18,852 nucleotides of DNA. It comes from Candidatus Eiseniibacteriota bacterium (lineage in GTDB: Bacteria > Arandabacterota > Arandabacteria > Arandabacterales > Arandabacteraceae). The position numbers were made by a program, and so were the translations under genes. A model generated the notes under the pieces. It was not told the DNA's origin and searched no databases. It was given only the letters and a program-made list of their open reading frames with translations. Below, one piece after another: positions 1 to 8,423 of the stretch; the first letter of the stretch is position 1, and every line of letters begins with the position of its first letter. The stretch is taken from positions 1 through 18,852 of the forward strand of contig JBDRNT010000140.1 in NCBI GenBank assembly GCA_043810925.1, in the 5' to 3' direction.

Positions 1-90
1 GTCTTGAAATGTAGCGTCGGGGTTCCGCCCCCGACGGCTCTTCATACGCCGGGCACGGAGACCCGACGCTACATTTCAAGACCTGACCCC
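1..90. repeat. REP doublet / REPIN-like palindromic element, probably truncated by the window start
   Basis: Perfect 21-bp inverted repeat: GTCTTGAAATGTAGCGTCGGG (1-21) and CCCGACGCTACATTTCAAGAC (62-82). Each arm carries GTAG plus its own hairpin: + strand 11-36 GTAG-CGTCGGGG-ttccgc-CCCCGACG; - strand 72-47 GTAG-CGTCGGGT-ctccgt-GCCCGGCG (with G:T pairs). The right arm continues into CTGACCCC (83-90). Confidence 0.8.
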
Positions 91-100
91 CAGATTTTGC

Positions 101-130
101 TTGCCAGAATCGCCTAATCCTGCCTAGACT
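101..130 (+). promoter_or_regulatory. Putative sigma70-type promoter for the MltD-like gene
   Basis: TTGCCA (101-106), 18-nt spacer, TAGACT (125-130). SD AAGGAG at 144-149 precedes the ATG at 156. Confidence 0.5.
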
Positions 131-155
131 GTCCCTCGATAACAAGGAGCATGTC

Positions 156-2507
156 ATGAAACCTAGGCGTGTGTGGCTGTGGATGTTCAGTGCTACCATT
201 TTGGTGATATGCAGTTGTGCTCCGAGGTACACCACTACACCCGAGCAACCACCTGTTGAACCGGTGCCGGACGGTAGGGTGGAAGTGCTTCTCGATGAAG
301 CGGAGTCAGCTTATCAAGAGGGTGTGGATCTGTTTGTCAGAGAAGAATTCGACTCGGCATCGGCACATCTTGAATACGCTATAACGCTGTTAAGCAGAGA
401 TGTCGCCTGGTCTTCGGATGGCAGTGCACTGAGTGAGAGAAGGATTCTCCTTTACAAGTGCAGGTATTTTCTTGAACGCGTCCCCGTCGCGGTGAGTGAC
501 GTGATCGTGGAGCCCGAGATTGACGAGATCGAACCACGCAAACCGCCCTTGCCGTCTGTGGAACTCCTGGAGAACGACAAGGTCCGTGGGTGGATTCGCT
601 ACTTCACCGGGGATGGCAAAGCCAGTTTCGCAAAGTGGCTGAAGAGGTCGGGTCTGTACCGCCCGCTCATGCTGCGGATTTTCAAGGAAGAGGGACTTCC
701 CCCGAGGATGGTCAATCTGGCCATGATCGAAAGCGGGTATAATCCCAACGCCTATTCCAAGGCGCACGCTGTGGGCATGTGGCAGTTCATAAAGAGCACG
801 GGCCGGATATACGGACTGAGAGTCGACTGGTGGGTCGATGAGAGGCGTGACCCTGTGCAGTCCGGACGGGCGGCCGCACGGCATCTCAGGGACCTCTACC
901 AGGCACTGGATTCCTGGCCGCTGGCACTTGCCGCCTATAACTCGGGGCAAAGATGTGTCGAACGTGCCATAAGACGGGGGCACACGAGAGACTACTGGAG
1001 ACTCAGGTTGCCCAGCGAAACGCGCGACTTCGTTCCCAAGTTCATGGCCGCGTGTCTTATCATGGAGAACCCCCAGAAGTATGGATTCGATTCGGGTGTT
1101 GACGGCCCGGTCTCATTTGATGAGATCGAGGTCGGACCCAAGACCGATCTTAAGATCATTGCAGAAGCGTGCCAGGTGCCCGCGTCGGTGATAAGTGAAC
1201 TCAACCCCCATCTGATAAGGGGTTGTGCGCCGGACGGCAAGTCGTCGTATGCGGTGAGAATCCCCGGAGGTAAACTCGAGCTGTGCCGGAGTAATCTTGC
1301 GAGTGTACCGCCCGATAAGCTTATCGCCAAGGTCTATGCCTCTCCCGAGATCGGACACACCGTAAAACGCGGTGAGACACTGTCCCGGATAGCCAATAAG
1401 TACGGCACGACGATTGCGGCAATAGGCAAGGCGAACCGGCTCAAGAGCTACCACAGGATCGGTGTCGGTCAGGTTCTCAAGATTCCCGGCGACGGCTATG
1501 TGAGCTATCCCGACAATCCCGGCGTGCATTCCGTACGTCGCGGCGAGACACTCAGCAGTATTGCCGGCAGGTACGGGGTCCAGGTTCGCGACCTTATGGA
1601 ATGGAACAACCTGCCGTCGGCCCATCTGATATACAGCGGTCAAAGACTGATCGTCGCGCTTGATAAGCTTCCTGAGAACAGACAGATTGTCCATCGAGTT
1701 AAGAAAGGTGAGACCGTATCGACTATAGCGAGACTCTACCGGGCATCCACACAGGCCGTGCTTCTCGCAAACGAGCTCGGATCCCGTGACAGGATCTATC
1801 CCGGCCAGGACATCAAAGTCCCGGTAACGGACGGCTGGATGCCCCGGGGTCAGCAAGTAGTACACGTGGTGAGAAGAGGGGAGACGGTCACAAGCATATC
1901 AAAGCACTACGGGGTTTCGATCGAGCATGTGCTCAGTGCGAACGGGTTACGCTCGAGCGATAAGATCTATCCCGGCCAGAAGATCAAGATCGGTGGCTAC
2001 GATGCTCCCCAGGCCAAACCAATCGTGCACAGCGTCGCCCGGGGCGAAACCGTATCCGGTATCGCAGAAAGATACGGCGTTCCCACCCAGGACATTCTCG
2101 CGGCAAACGGGCTTGGCTCCAGCGACAGGATCTACCCCGGTCAGAAGCTGGAAGTGCGTCGCTCCAACGGTGGCGCATCCCAGGATCGGGTAGAGGTCCA
2201 CACCGTCTGCAGGGGCGAGACGGTATCGTCGATCGCCAAGCGATACGGAACGTCTGTCACGGAGGTCTTGAACGCGAACGGACTCGGATCCCGCGACAAG
2301 ATCTACCCGGGTCAGAGTCTGGTGATTTTCGAGGGCAAGGTCCCGCGGGACGTATTGGTCTACCATGAGGTGACCCGCGGCGAGACGATATCGAGCATAG
2401 CAGGCAAGTACGGCGCTACAGTCAATAAGGTCCTGGAAGCAAACGAGATGAAAGCCAGAGACAGGATCTATCCCGGCCAGAAGATAAAGGTGCCCGTCAG
2501 GCGCTGA
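156..2507 (+). CDS. mltD: MltD-like membrane-bound lytic murein transglycosylase (SLT/GH23) lipoprotein with 7 tandem LysM domains
   Basis: Lipoprotein-type signal (ILVICSC, Cys21). SLT motifs MIESGYNP (catalytic Glu), AVGMWQFI, DERRDP and LAAYNSG. Seven HxVxxGET...N.L.....I..GQ LysM repeats plus one degenerate LysM-like segment. The gene symbol reflects family resemblance only. Confidence 0.9.
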   Translation: MKPRRVWLWMFSATILVICSCAPRYTTTPEQPPVEPVPDGRVEVLLDEAESAYQEGVDLFVREEFDSASAHLEYAITLLSRDVAWSSDGSALSERRILLYKCRYFLERVPVAVSDVIVEPEIDEIEPRKPPLPSVELLENDKVRGWIRYFTGDGKASFAKWLKRSGLYRPLMLRIFKEEGLPPRMVNLAMIESGYNPNAYSKAHAVGMWQFIKSTGRIYGLRVDWWVDERRDPVQSGRAAARHLRDLYQALDSWPLALAAYNSGQRCVERAIRRGHTRDYWRLRLPSETRDFVPKFMAACLIMENPQKYGFDSGVDGPVSFDEIEVGPKTDLKIIAEACQVPASVISELNPHLIRGCAPDGKSSYAVRIPGGKLELCRSNLASVPPDKLIAKVYASPEIGHTVKRGETLSRIANKYGTTIAAIGKANRLKSYHRIGVGQVLKIPGDGYVSYPDNPGVHSVRRGETLSSIAGRYGVQVRDLMEWNNLPSAHLIYSGQRLIVALDKLPENRQIVHRVKKGETVSTIARLYRASTQAVLLANELGSRDRIYPGQDIKVPVTDGWMPRGQQVVHVVRRGETVTSISKHYGVSIEHVLSANGLRSSDKIYPGQKIKIGGYDAPQAKPIVHSVARGETVSGIAERYGVPTQDILAANGLGSSDRIYPGQKLEVRRSNGGASQDRVEVHTVCRGETVSSIAKRYGTSVTEVLNANGLGSRDKIYPGQSLVIFEGKVPRDVLVYHEVTRGETISSIAGKYGATVNKVLEANEMKARDRIYPGQKIKVPVRR

Positions 2508-3759
2508 CCGGTTCGGCGACAGTCTTGCCGCTCGCGATTTTCAAGGGCCCGGCGTCTTTCGTTGTGCGAACAAGACAATTCCTGCCTATGGTGGAGCCCG
2601 GCGGTATGTAACTGCCCTTTCCCACCAGCGTGATTCCCTTGTCAAGTATGTCGGGGTGTTCCTCGTTCGGGGTGAAGTCGATTCCCATGCCGATCTTGGC
2701 ACTCTCGCCGACCAATGTGTCTCTGTCGATTATCGTGAGGTTGAGTCTTGACCCGGATGAGATCCTGCAACCCGGCAGCACAATCGAGTTTCGCACTACT
2801 GCGTCCTCCTCAACGATGACACCCGGCGAGACTATCGAGCTCTCAACCGTGCCGGCGATCGTACAACCATCACATATCATCGAACCGCTCACAACACTCG
2901 GTCTCAGAATCCTGGCCGGCGGCAGGTCTTCGAACTTCGTGAGGACCGGCCAGCCGGGATCCGACAGATCGACGGGCGGGTCGGGCTGAAGCAGTGCCAT
3001 ATTGGACTCGAAATACGTTCCGACCGTTCCCACATCCTGCCAGTACCCCTGGAACTCGTAGCCATACACCCTTGTGCGTCTAATCAGACTGGGCACGATA
3101 TCATGCCCGAAGTCATGCGGTGACTCGGAGTTGCGAGAGTCGGGCAACAGGCTCTCGAAGAGAGTCTGCCTGTTGAAGACATATATGCCCATGGACGCCA
3201 GATCGCTCCTGGGGTTCTTCGATTTCTCCTCGAAGTGGACAACCCGCTTGTCATCGGCAAGCACGCATGTACCGAATTGATCCGTGTCCTCCGATCTGAC
3301 TTGCTTGACGGCGACTGTAAGATCGGCGTTGCGTTCCTTGTGGAAATCGAGCAGGGGTCTATAGTCCATTTTATACACGTGATCGCCGGCAAGAATCAAC
3401 ACGGCCTCCGGTGATCTCTCTTCAATAAAATGAAGATTCTGGCGCACGGCATCCGCGTTGCCCTGGTACCAGCTGGATCCGACGCTGCCGACGAAAGGCT
3501 GGCGCATCACCATCCCGCCGTCAAGCCTGTTGAGATGCCAGGGATTTCCGAAGTCCAGATGCTTCATGAGTGACCACGGTCTGTACTGGGTCAGCACGAG
3601 GATCTGGTAGAGACCCGAGTTCACGCAGTTGGAGAGGGCGAAGTCCACTATTCTATAGATGCCGCCGAAGGGAACAGCGGGTTTGGCCCTGTGTTCCGAC
3701 AGAAGAAGCAGTCTGCTGCCCGCTCCTCCGGCAAGCAGTATTACGAGGTCTTTTGCCAC
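2497..3759 (-). CDS. glgC: Glucose-1-phosphate adenylyltransferase (ADP-glucose pyrophosphorylase), catalytic type
   Basis: Motifs LAGGAGSRL, RAKPAVPFGG.YRIVDF, WYQGNADAV, AGDHVYKMDY, FEEK, ASMGIYVF, DFGHD and YWQDVGT, followed by a C-terminal hexapeptide beta-helix. GTG start at 3759 overlaps the upstream paralogue by 19 bp. Confidence 0.93.
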   Translation of the reverse strand: MAKDLVILLAGGAGSRLLLLSEHRAKPAVPFGGIYRIVDFALSNCVNSGLYQILVLTQYRPWSLMKHLDFGNPWHLNRLDGGMVMRQPFVGSVGSSWYQGNADAVRQNLHFIEERSPEAVLILAGDHVYKMDYRPLLDFHKERNADLTVAVKQVRSEDTDQFGTCVLADDKRVVHFEEKSKNPRSDLASMGIYVFNRQTLFESLLPDSRNSESPHDFGHDIVPSLIRRTRVYGYEFQGYWQDVGTVGTYFESNMALLQPDPPVDLSDPGWPVLTKFEDLPPARILRPSVVSGSMICDGCTIAGTVESSIVSPGVIVEEDAVVRNSIVLPGCRISSGSRLNLTIIDRDTLVGESAKIGMGIDFTPNEEHPDILDKGITLVGKGSYIPPGSTIGRNCLVRTTKDAGPLKIASGKTVAEPVSA

Positions 3760-5015
3760 TTCACATCCCTCGATAGAGTTTCGCCGCAGACTATGTCCCT
3801 GCTCGGTATGATCTCCGGCGACAGATCACTCCCGACCAGGCAGTTGCGGCCTACCCTGATCCCATCCGGTATCCGGGTTTGAGCGCCGACAACTGTTATA
3901 CCTGAACTGACCACCTCAGGGTAACGCGCATTAGGACAGGTGGGGTTACCGTAGCCGAGCACGGCCTCGCGCCCGACGGTCACCCGCTTGTCGATCACAC
4001 ACGTCTTTACGGTGGCCCCCCTTTCTATGACCGTATCGGAGAACACGATGGAATCCTCGATCCTGGCTCCCTGCCCGACCCTTACACCGGGAAAGAGGAT
4101 GGACCCGCGGACCTCACCCTCGATGAAGCACCCGTTGGCAATCAGCGATGATTCCACATGCGATCCTGTTCTTACAAGCGACGGGGATCTCGTCTCCGGC
4201 TTCGAAAAGACCGGCCACTCAGGATCGTTTAGCGCCATCGGCGGTTCTTTTCGCAGAAGCACCATCGATGACTCGTAGTACTGCTGGAGCCATCCGACAT
4301 CCGCCCAGTAGTCATGAAAGACATATGCCCCGACCTTTGACTCACCGATCATGGGCATCAGGACGTCGAATACGATGTCATAGTGCCCTTCACCCACGGC
4401 GGCAAGCCGCTCGAGCAGGCCTTGCTTCTCGAAAACGTAGATCCCAAGCGAGAAGAACTCCAGTGTTTGATCTTCAGGTTTCTCCACGAAAGTCCTGACC
4501 ACATTGTCCTCATCGACCTCAAGACCGCCGAAACTCCTGGTCGTGCACTCGGAACAGGGTTTGGCCGCTACGGTAGCGGTGGCCGAGGTGCTCCTGTGGA
4601 AGTCGATCAGCGCGCCGTAGTCCATCTTGTAGACTTGATCGGCCGACAGCACGAGAACGTTCCGGGAAGGGTGATCCCTTATCAGCTCAGCGTGTTGCGA
4701 GAGAGCGTCGGCCGTGCCCCTGAACCAGTTCGACTCGGTCCTGGCGGCGAAGGGCTGGAGGATTGCGAGCTCGCCGCGGCGGCTGTTCAGATCCCACGGC
4801 TTCCCGTTGCCGATGTGGGCTATCAGTGAAGCCGGGTTGTACTGGGCGAGAATGGCCACGTTGTAGATGCCGGAGTTGGTGCAGTTGGAAAGACAGAAAT
4901 CGATTACACGAAATTTGCCCCCATAGGGGAGGGCCGCCTTTGATCTGTGAGCGGTCAGGACCGGAAGCTCGCCGCTTGCTCCGCCGGCCAGGACCACAGC
5001 CAGTGTATTATTCAT
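3741..5015 (-). CDS. Second, divergent ADP-glucose pyrophosphorylase paralogue (GlgC/GlgD-like subunit)
   Basis: Start reassigned from 5153 to the ATG at 5015 (MNNTLAVVLAGG), which overlaps the upstream stop codon (ATGAATAA) and is where GlgC similarity begins. Retains WFRGTADA, SADQVYKMDY, FVEKP and YWADVG. The Gly-rich loop is GGASGEL rather than GGxGxRL, and RSKAALPY replaces RAKPAVPF. Confidence 0.85.
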   Translation of the reverse strand: MNNTLAVVLAGGASGELPVLTAHRSKAALPYGGKFRVIDFCLSNCTNSGIYNVAILAQYNPASLIAHIGNGKPWDLNSRRGELAILQPFAARTESNWFRGTADALSQHAELIRDHPSRNVLVLSADQVYKMDYGALIDFHRSTSATATVAAKPCSECTTRSFGGLEVDEDNVVRTFVEKPEDQTLEFFSLGIYVFEKQGLLERLAAVGEGHYDIVFDVLMPMIGESKVGAYVFHDYWADVGWLQQYYESSMVLLRKEPPMALNDPEWPVFSKPETRSPSLVRTGSHVESSLIANGCFIEGEVRGSILFPGVRVGQGARIEDSIVFSDTVIERGATVKTCVIDKRVTVGREAVLGYGNPTCPNARYPEVVSSGITVVGAQTRIPDGIRVGRNCLVGSDLSPEIIPSRDIVCGETLSRDVKWQKTS

Positions 5016-7230
5016 GCCCCTCTCTGGCCGTTCTGAGGTTTTCCTTCGCCATCTGGTTATCAGGGTCGAGCGCAAGAGCTCTTTGCCACATCTCAACAGC
5101 CCTGTCAAGGCTATCCATCTCGGCGTATACCGTCCCGATGTTGAGCACGACATCGGAGTTTCCGGGATCGAACTTGTTCAGCTCCTTGAAATGCTTCAAG
5201 GCGTCATCCATGCTGCCTGCGCGGTAGCAGCAGTTTGCCAGTTTGAATCGCAGAGGTATGTTTCCCGGATCGACGCCCAGGACTCTTGAGAGAACATCAC
5301 ATGCCTTGTAGTGCTGGCCGAGCCCCGTATAGGAGTCTGCCAGCTCCATGGCAACATTGGTGCTATAGGGATTGAGTCCGAGTGCCTGCTCCAGGTAGTC
5401 GCCCGCTTCAACGTAATTGCCGAGGTCGAGGTTCGCCCTGCCCAGGGCCGAGTACGTTATGAACCCGCCGCCGACATAATCGATCTCACTCTTGAGCTCG
5501 CTGATGGCGCTTTCAATCTCTCCGCGGGCAAGCAGGTCGAGACCCTTGAGCTGGTGCAGTCGCGGCTCGTAGGGATGCGAGTTCTCGAGCCCTTCGAGCT
5601 CGCTCAGCGCCTCATCCGGTCTGGCGGCCATAGTCAGGAGCGAAGCCTTCTCGATGCGTAGTCTGGGGTCATCAAGACCGCTGTTGATCGCAGCGGTAAG
5701 CATCTCTATTCCCTGTTCGGCCCGCCCCGAGTTGCCATAGAGTCCGGCCAGGGAGACGTATGCACGGGTCATACCGGGTGAGAGCCTGATGGCTTCCTTA
5801 TAAGATTCCTCGGCCTTTTCAAAGATCGCTTCCTCGCCGTATACATCACCAAGGACCACGAGTTGACGTGCCTCGTCCATTTCATGCCGGGGAAGCTGGT
5901 AAAGCAGCAGCCCTGCAATGACCACGACGATAATGTACGCGGCGGCTTTGACGATTCTGGGTTTCTTCAGAGCGGCCACTACGGCACCGACGAGCCCCCC
6001 GGCCGGGATCGACAGCAGCGGGACAATCATCAACTTCTCCGCATCACTGATAAGACAGGTAGCAACCACGACCGCGAAAAGCGGGATCGCAACGGCAGCA
6101 AAGATGGCCTGTCTCCGGGCACACACGGCAAGACCTATAAGCCCGAGGGGTGCGATCACCGCGAATGAGAATATGCGCCACCGCAGCAAGAATGAGTACC
6201 GCGACACGAAACGCAGGTCCATGTTTGCCGGAGGCTCTGAAGGACCGAAGAAGATGCCCAGCTTGCGCACGTAGGTCGTTAGATAGCGCCCCGGGTCCGA
6301 AAGGAAATCCTCCACTGCCCTCCGGCGCCAGTGCTTGTGGGCCTCCACCTGCGAGACGTCGATTCCGGTTTCTATCTTGGCGAACCGTTGTGAGTCACGC
6401 TGTCCTTCTATCCGGTCGCTCGCGACAAAAGCGTTGAAGGCACCCTGCGCTCCACCCAGCGTGATCTCGTATTCCGGCAACTTGGCGGTGCCCCCCGTGA
6501 CACCCGACCCGAGAAACGCCTGCCAGCCGATCCTTGTCGGGAGAAGCGTCCGCTCGGTTCCTCTTACGAGGAAAACCTGGTAACACACAAGCGGCAGCGC
6601 CAGGCCTATCGCAAGACCCAGTGTGGCCCGCTTCAACTTCCTGTCCCTGGAGAAAAGCAGGTGAAGCACCCAGGCGGCAACCGCTCCAATTACGGAGAAC
6701 CTCGTGAGGAACGCCATTCCAAGGAACAGGCCGGAAAGACCGGTATTGATAAACGGCTTGGTGCTTGCGGCCTTTACGAGCAGATAGGCGCTGACTGCAA
6801 GCAGGAACACCGCAAGGGTCGTCTCGTTGATTTCAGATGAGAAAAACAGCGCCGGTCCATACAATGCGAATATAACTCCTGCCGACACGGCGGCAGTAAG
6901 ACCATAGATTCTCCTGGCGGTCGCGTAAATCAGAAGTGCCGTAAAGGCTCCCATAAGGCACTGAACCAATCTTGCGATTGTCTGGCTCTCCCGGAATACC
7001 GAGTAAATCAACCCGAGGACATAAGTGTAGAACGGTTCCCTGAACGGCGCTGATGCGTCCAGCCAGCCGGCCTGCTGTTTGAAGCCGGCCCATCCATGGA
7101 AGAAGTCCGAGTCCAGGATAGGATTGTAGTAGAAGGGCAGGTTCCTGATCTGCAGCAGGAAGACCAGTCTGACGACAAAAGCACCCACCAGAATACCGAT
7201 GGGTATCAGCTTGCTTGTTCGAGAACTCAT
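5008..7230 (-). CDS. GT-C fold (PMT/ArnT, GT39/GT83-like) multi-TM glycosyltransferase with C-terminal TPR array
   Basis: Start reassigned to the ATG at 7230 (ATGA overlap with the upstream stop; SD GAGGAG). An N-terminal TM is followed by an acidic loop (PILDSD), an EPFY motif, many hydrophobic segments and a large loop. The C-terminal ~280 aa are TPR-like (e.g. AEESYKEAIRLSP, AVEMWQRALALDP). Confidence 0.75.
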   Translation of the reverse strand: MSSRTSKLIPIGILVGAFVVRLVFLLQIRNLPFYYNPILDSDFFHGWAGFKQQAGWLDASAPFREPFYTYVLGLIYSVFRESQTIARLVQCLMGAFTALLIYATARRIYGLTAAVSAGVIFALYGPALFFSSEINETTLAVFLLAVSAYLLVKAASTKPFINTGLSGLFLGMAFLTRFSVIGAVAAWVLHLLFSRDRKLKRATLGLAIGLALPLVCYQVFLVRGTERTLLPTRIGWQAFLGSGVTGGTAKLPEYEITLGGAQGAFNAFVASDRIEGQRDSQRFAKIETGIDVSQVEAHKHWRRRAVEDFLSDPGRYLTTYVRKLGIFFGPSEPPANMDLRFVSRYSFLLRWRIFSFAVIAPLGLIGLAVCARRQAIFAAVAIPLFAVVVATCLISDAEKLMIVPLLSIPAGGLVGAVVAALKKPRIVKAAAYIIVVVIAGLLLYQLPRHEMDEARQLVVLGDVYGEEAIFEKAEESYKEAIRLSPGMTRAYVSLAGLYGNSGRAEQGIEMLTAAINSGLDDPRLRIEKASLLTMAARPDEALSELEGLENSHPYEPRLHQLKGLDLLARGEIESAISELKSEIDYVGGGFITYSALGRANLDLGNYVEAGDYLEQALGLNPYSTNVAMELADSYTGLGQHYKACDVLSRVLGVDPGNIPLRFKLANCCYRAGSMDDALKHFKELNKFDPGNSDVVLNIGTVYAEMDSLDRAVEMWQRALALDPDNQMAKENLRTAREGHE

Positions 7231-8369
7231 CGCTTTCTCCTCAGCAATCCGTGGTAAATCTCGTTGCTGGATGCCTTGCCGCTGAACCACACGGCATGCA
7301 GCCGATCGTCCTCATTCGCCAGCGAGGGGTACCTGCCGGCGACACCTTCGCTGTATATGTCTATCGGCGTACTCCAGTCGGTACCGTTATAGCATCTGAG
7401 CTCGATCGTGTACTCTTCGCCGCCGCCGATGTTGTTCTCCCATACGACCGCGAGATTCCCCCCGCCGAGCGCGATCAGGCTGGGATAGTAAGCTGTCTGA
7501 GCACTGTTGATCGTTGTCTCCCCGTACCACTCTTTTCCATCGAAGAACTTGACCCGTACATCGGAACCGGTCTTTGTCTTGTCGAACCATGCCAGCGCCC
7601 ACTTCCCGTCACCAAGACCTGCGACCGAAAGTCTCCACGGCCTGCTCTCATTTGTGGTGACAAGCATCTCTTCGCCCCACGCCGCACCATCCCATAGCTT
7701 CGACTTGATCAGGAGTCCCTCGAACCATGTAAGCAAGATGTTACCCTGTGAATCACGGGCAATGTCAGGTCGAAAAGCTTCAGGATGCTCGGTGCATATG
7801 GGTTGCCTGACCAGGAGGCTGTCGTCGACAATTATGCCGTAGTAGATGGCTGTCTGTTTAAGAGGGCCCTCGTGCCAGGCGATATGGAGGACTCCGTTGG
7901 GACCGGCAACGGATACGGGCCGGGTTGCGTTGATAAGGCTCCTGGTGATCTGCTTACGTGCAGCGACGATGCCCCCGGTAAGGCGCACATAGTGAATATC
8001 GGTGACGGTCCCGGTGGTTTCGTTCCACAGCACATACACGTTCTGGGAATCACAAGCCACACAGGGGTGGGTTGACTCACCCATCGTCTGTGTGATTCTG
8101 ACAGCCGGTAAGACGCTGTCTCCGACCATCGATGCGTAGTAGATCTCGAAGTTGCCGTGTCGTTCATCCTCCCACACCATGTGGGTGGTCCCCCCGGGAT
8201 CGATGCATATGCAGCGTGCGTTGTCTCTGGCGGTCTGAGACCTGCCGCTGGTACAGGTCACCCTCGTGGTCACTTCGAGTGAGTACGGGCAGTCATATGA
8301 AAAGGCCCCACCGGATGGAATGAGCGGCACGGCCAGAGCCAATACGGCAATCAGACAGAACGATCGCAT
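7227..8369 (-). CDS. Secreted hypothetical protein with seven ~45-50 aa repeats, probable beta-propeller
   Basis: Start reassigned to the ATG at 8369 (SD AAGGAGG at 8380-8374). Signal peptide MRSFCLIAVLALAVPLIPSGGAFS. Seven repeats of the form P-h-h-x-[D/G]-x-G-x-h-h-x-W end in THMVW, VYVLW, LHIAW, ILLTW, WALAW, LAVVW and LHAVW. Confidence 0.75.
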   Translation of the reverse strand: MRSFCLIAVLALAVPLIPSGGAFSYDCPYSLEVTTRVTCTSGRSQTARDNARCICIDPGGTTHMVWEDERHGNFEIYYASMVGDSVLPAVRITQTMGESTHPCVACDSQNVYVLWNETTGTVTDIHYVRLTGGIVAARKQITRSLINATRPVSVAGPNGVLHIAWHEGPLKQTAIYYGIIVDDSLLVRQPICTEHPEAFRPDIARDSQGNILLTWFEGLLIKSKLWDGAAWGEEMLVTTNESRPWRLSVAGLGDGKWALAWFDKTKTGSDVRVKFFDGKEWYGETTINSAQTAYYPSLIALGGGNLAVVWENNIGGGEEYTIELRCYNGTDWSTPIDIYSEGVAGRYPSLANEDDRLHAVWFSGKASSNEIYHGLLRRKR

Positions 8370-8393
8370 GGAACCTCCTTTCGCTCGGGCGCC

Positions 8394-8423
8394 ATTATAT
8401 ATTAAGCCCTTGGAGGAGGGCAA
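8394..8423 (-). promoter_or_regulatory. Putative sigma70 promoter of the leftward propeller-GT-glgD-glgC operon
   Basis: On the minus strand: TTGCCC (8423-8418), 18-nt spacer, perfect TATAAT (8399-8394), about 25 nt upstream of the ATG. Confidence 0.6.

Noticed and set aside
1780-2490. Recurring GA[CT]A[GA]GATCTA[CT]CC.GG.CAG sequences at roughly 170-bp spacing, superficially array-like
   Set aside because: They are in-frame codons for the D[RK]IYPGQ motif of successive LysM domains, with synonymous variation. This is not a CRISPR or non-coding array, and no cas genes are present.
5016-5153. N-terminal extensions in the ORF track (also 7231-7290, 8370-8423, 10218-10244, 11497-11574, 13148-13183, 16451-16477)
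   Set aside because: Downstream starts have better SD sequences or stop/start coupling and coincide with the beginning of family similarity or signal peptides.
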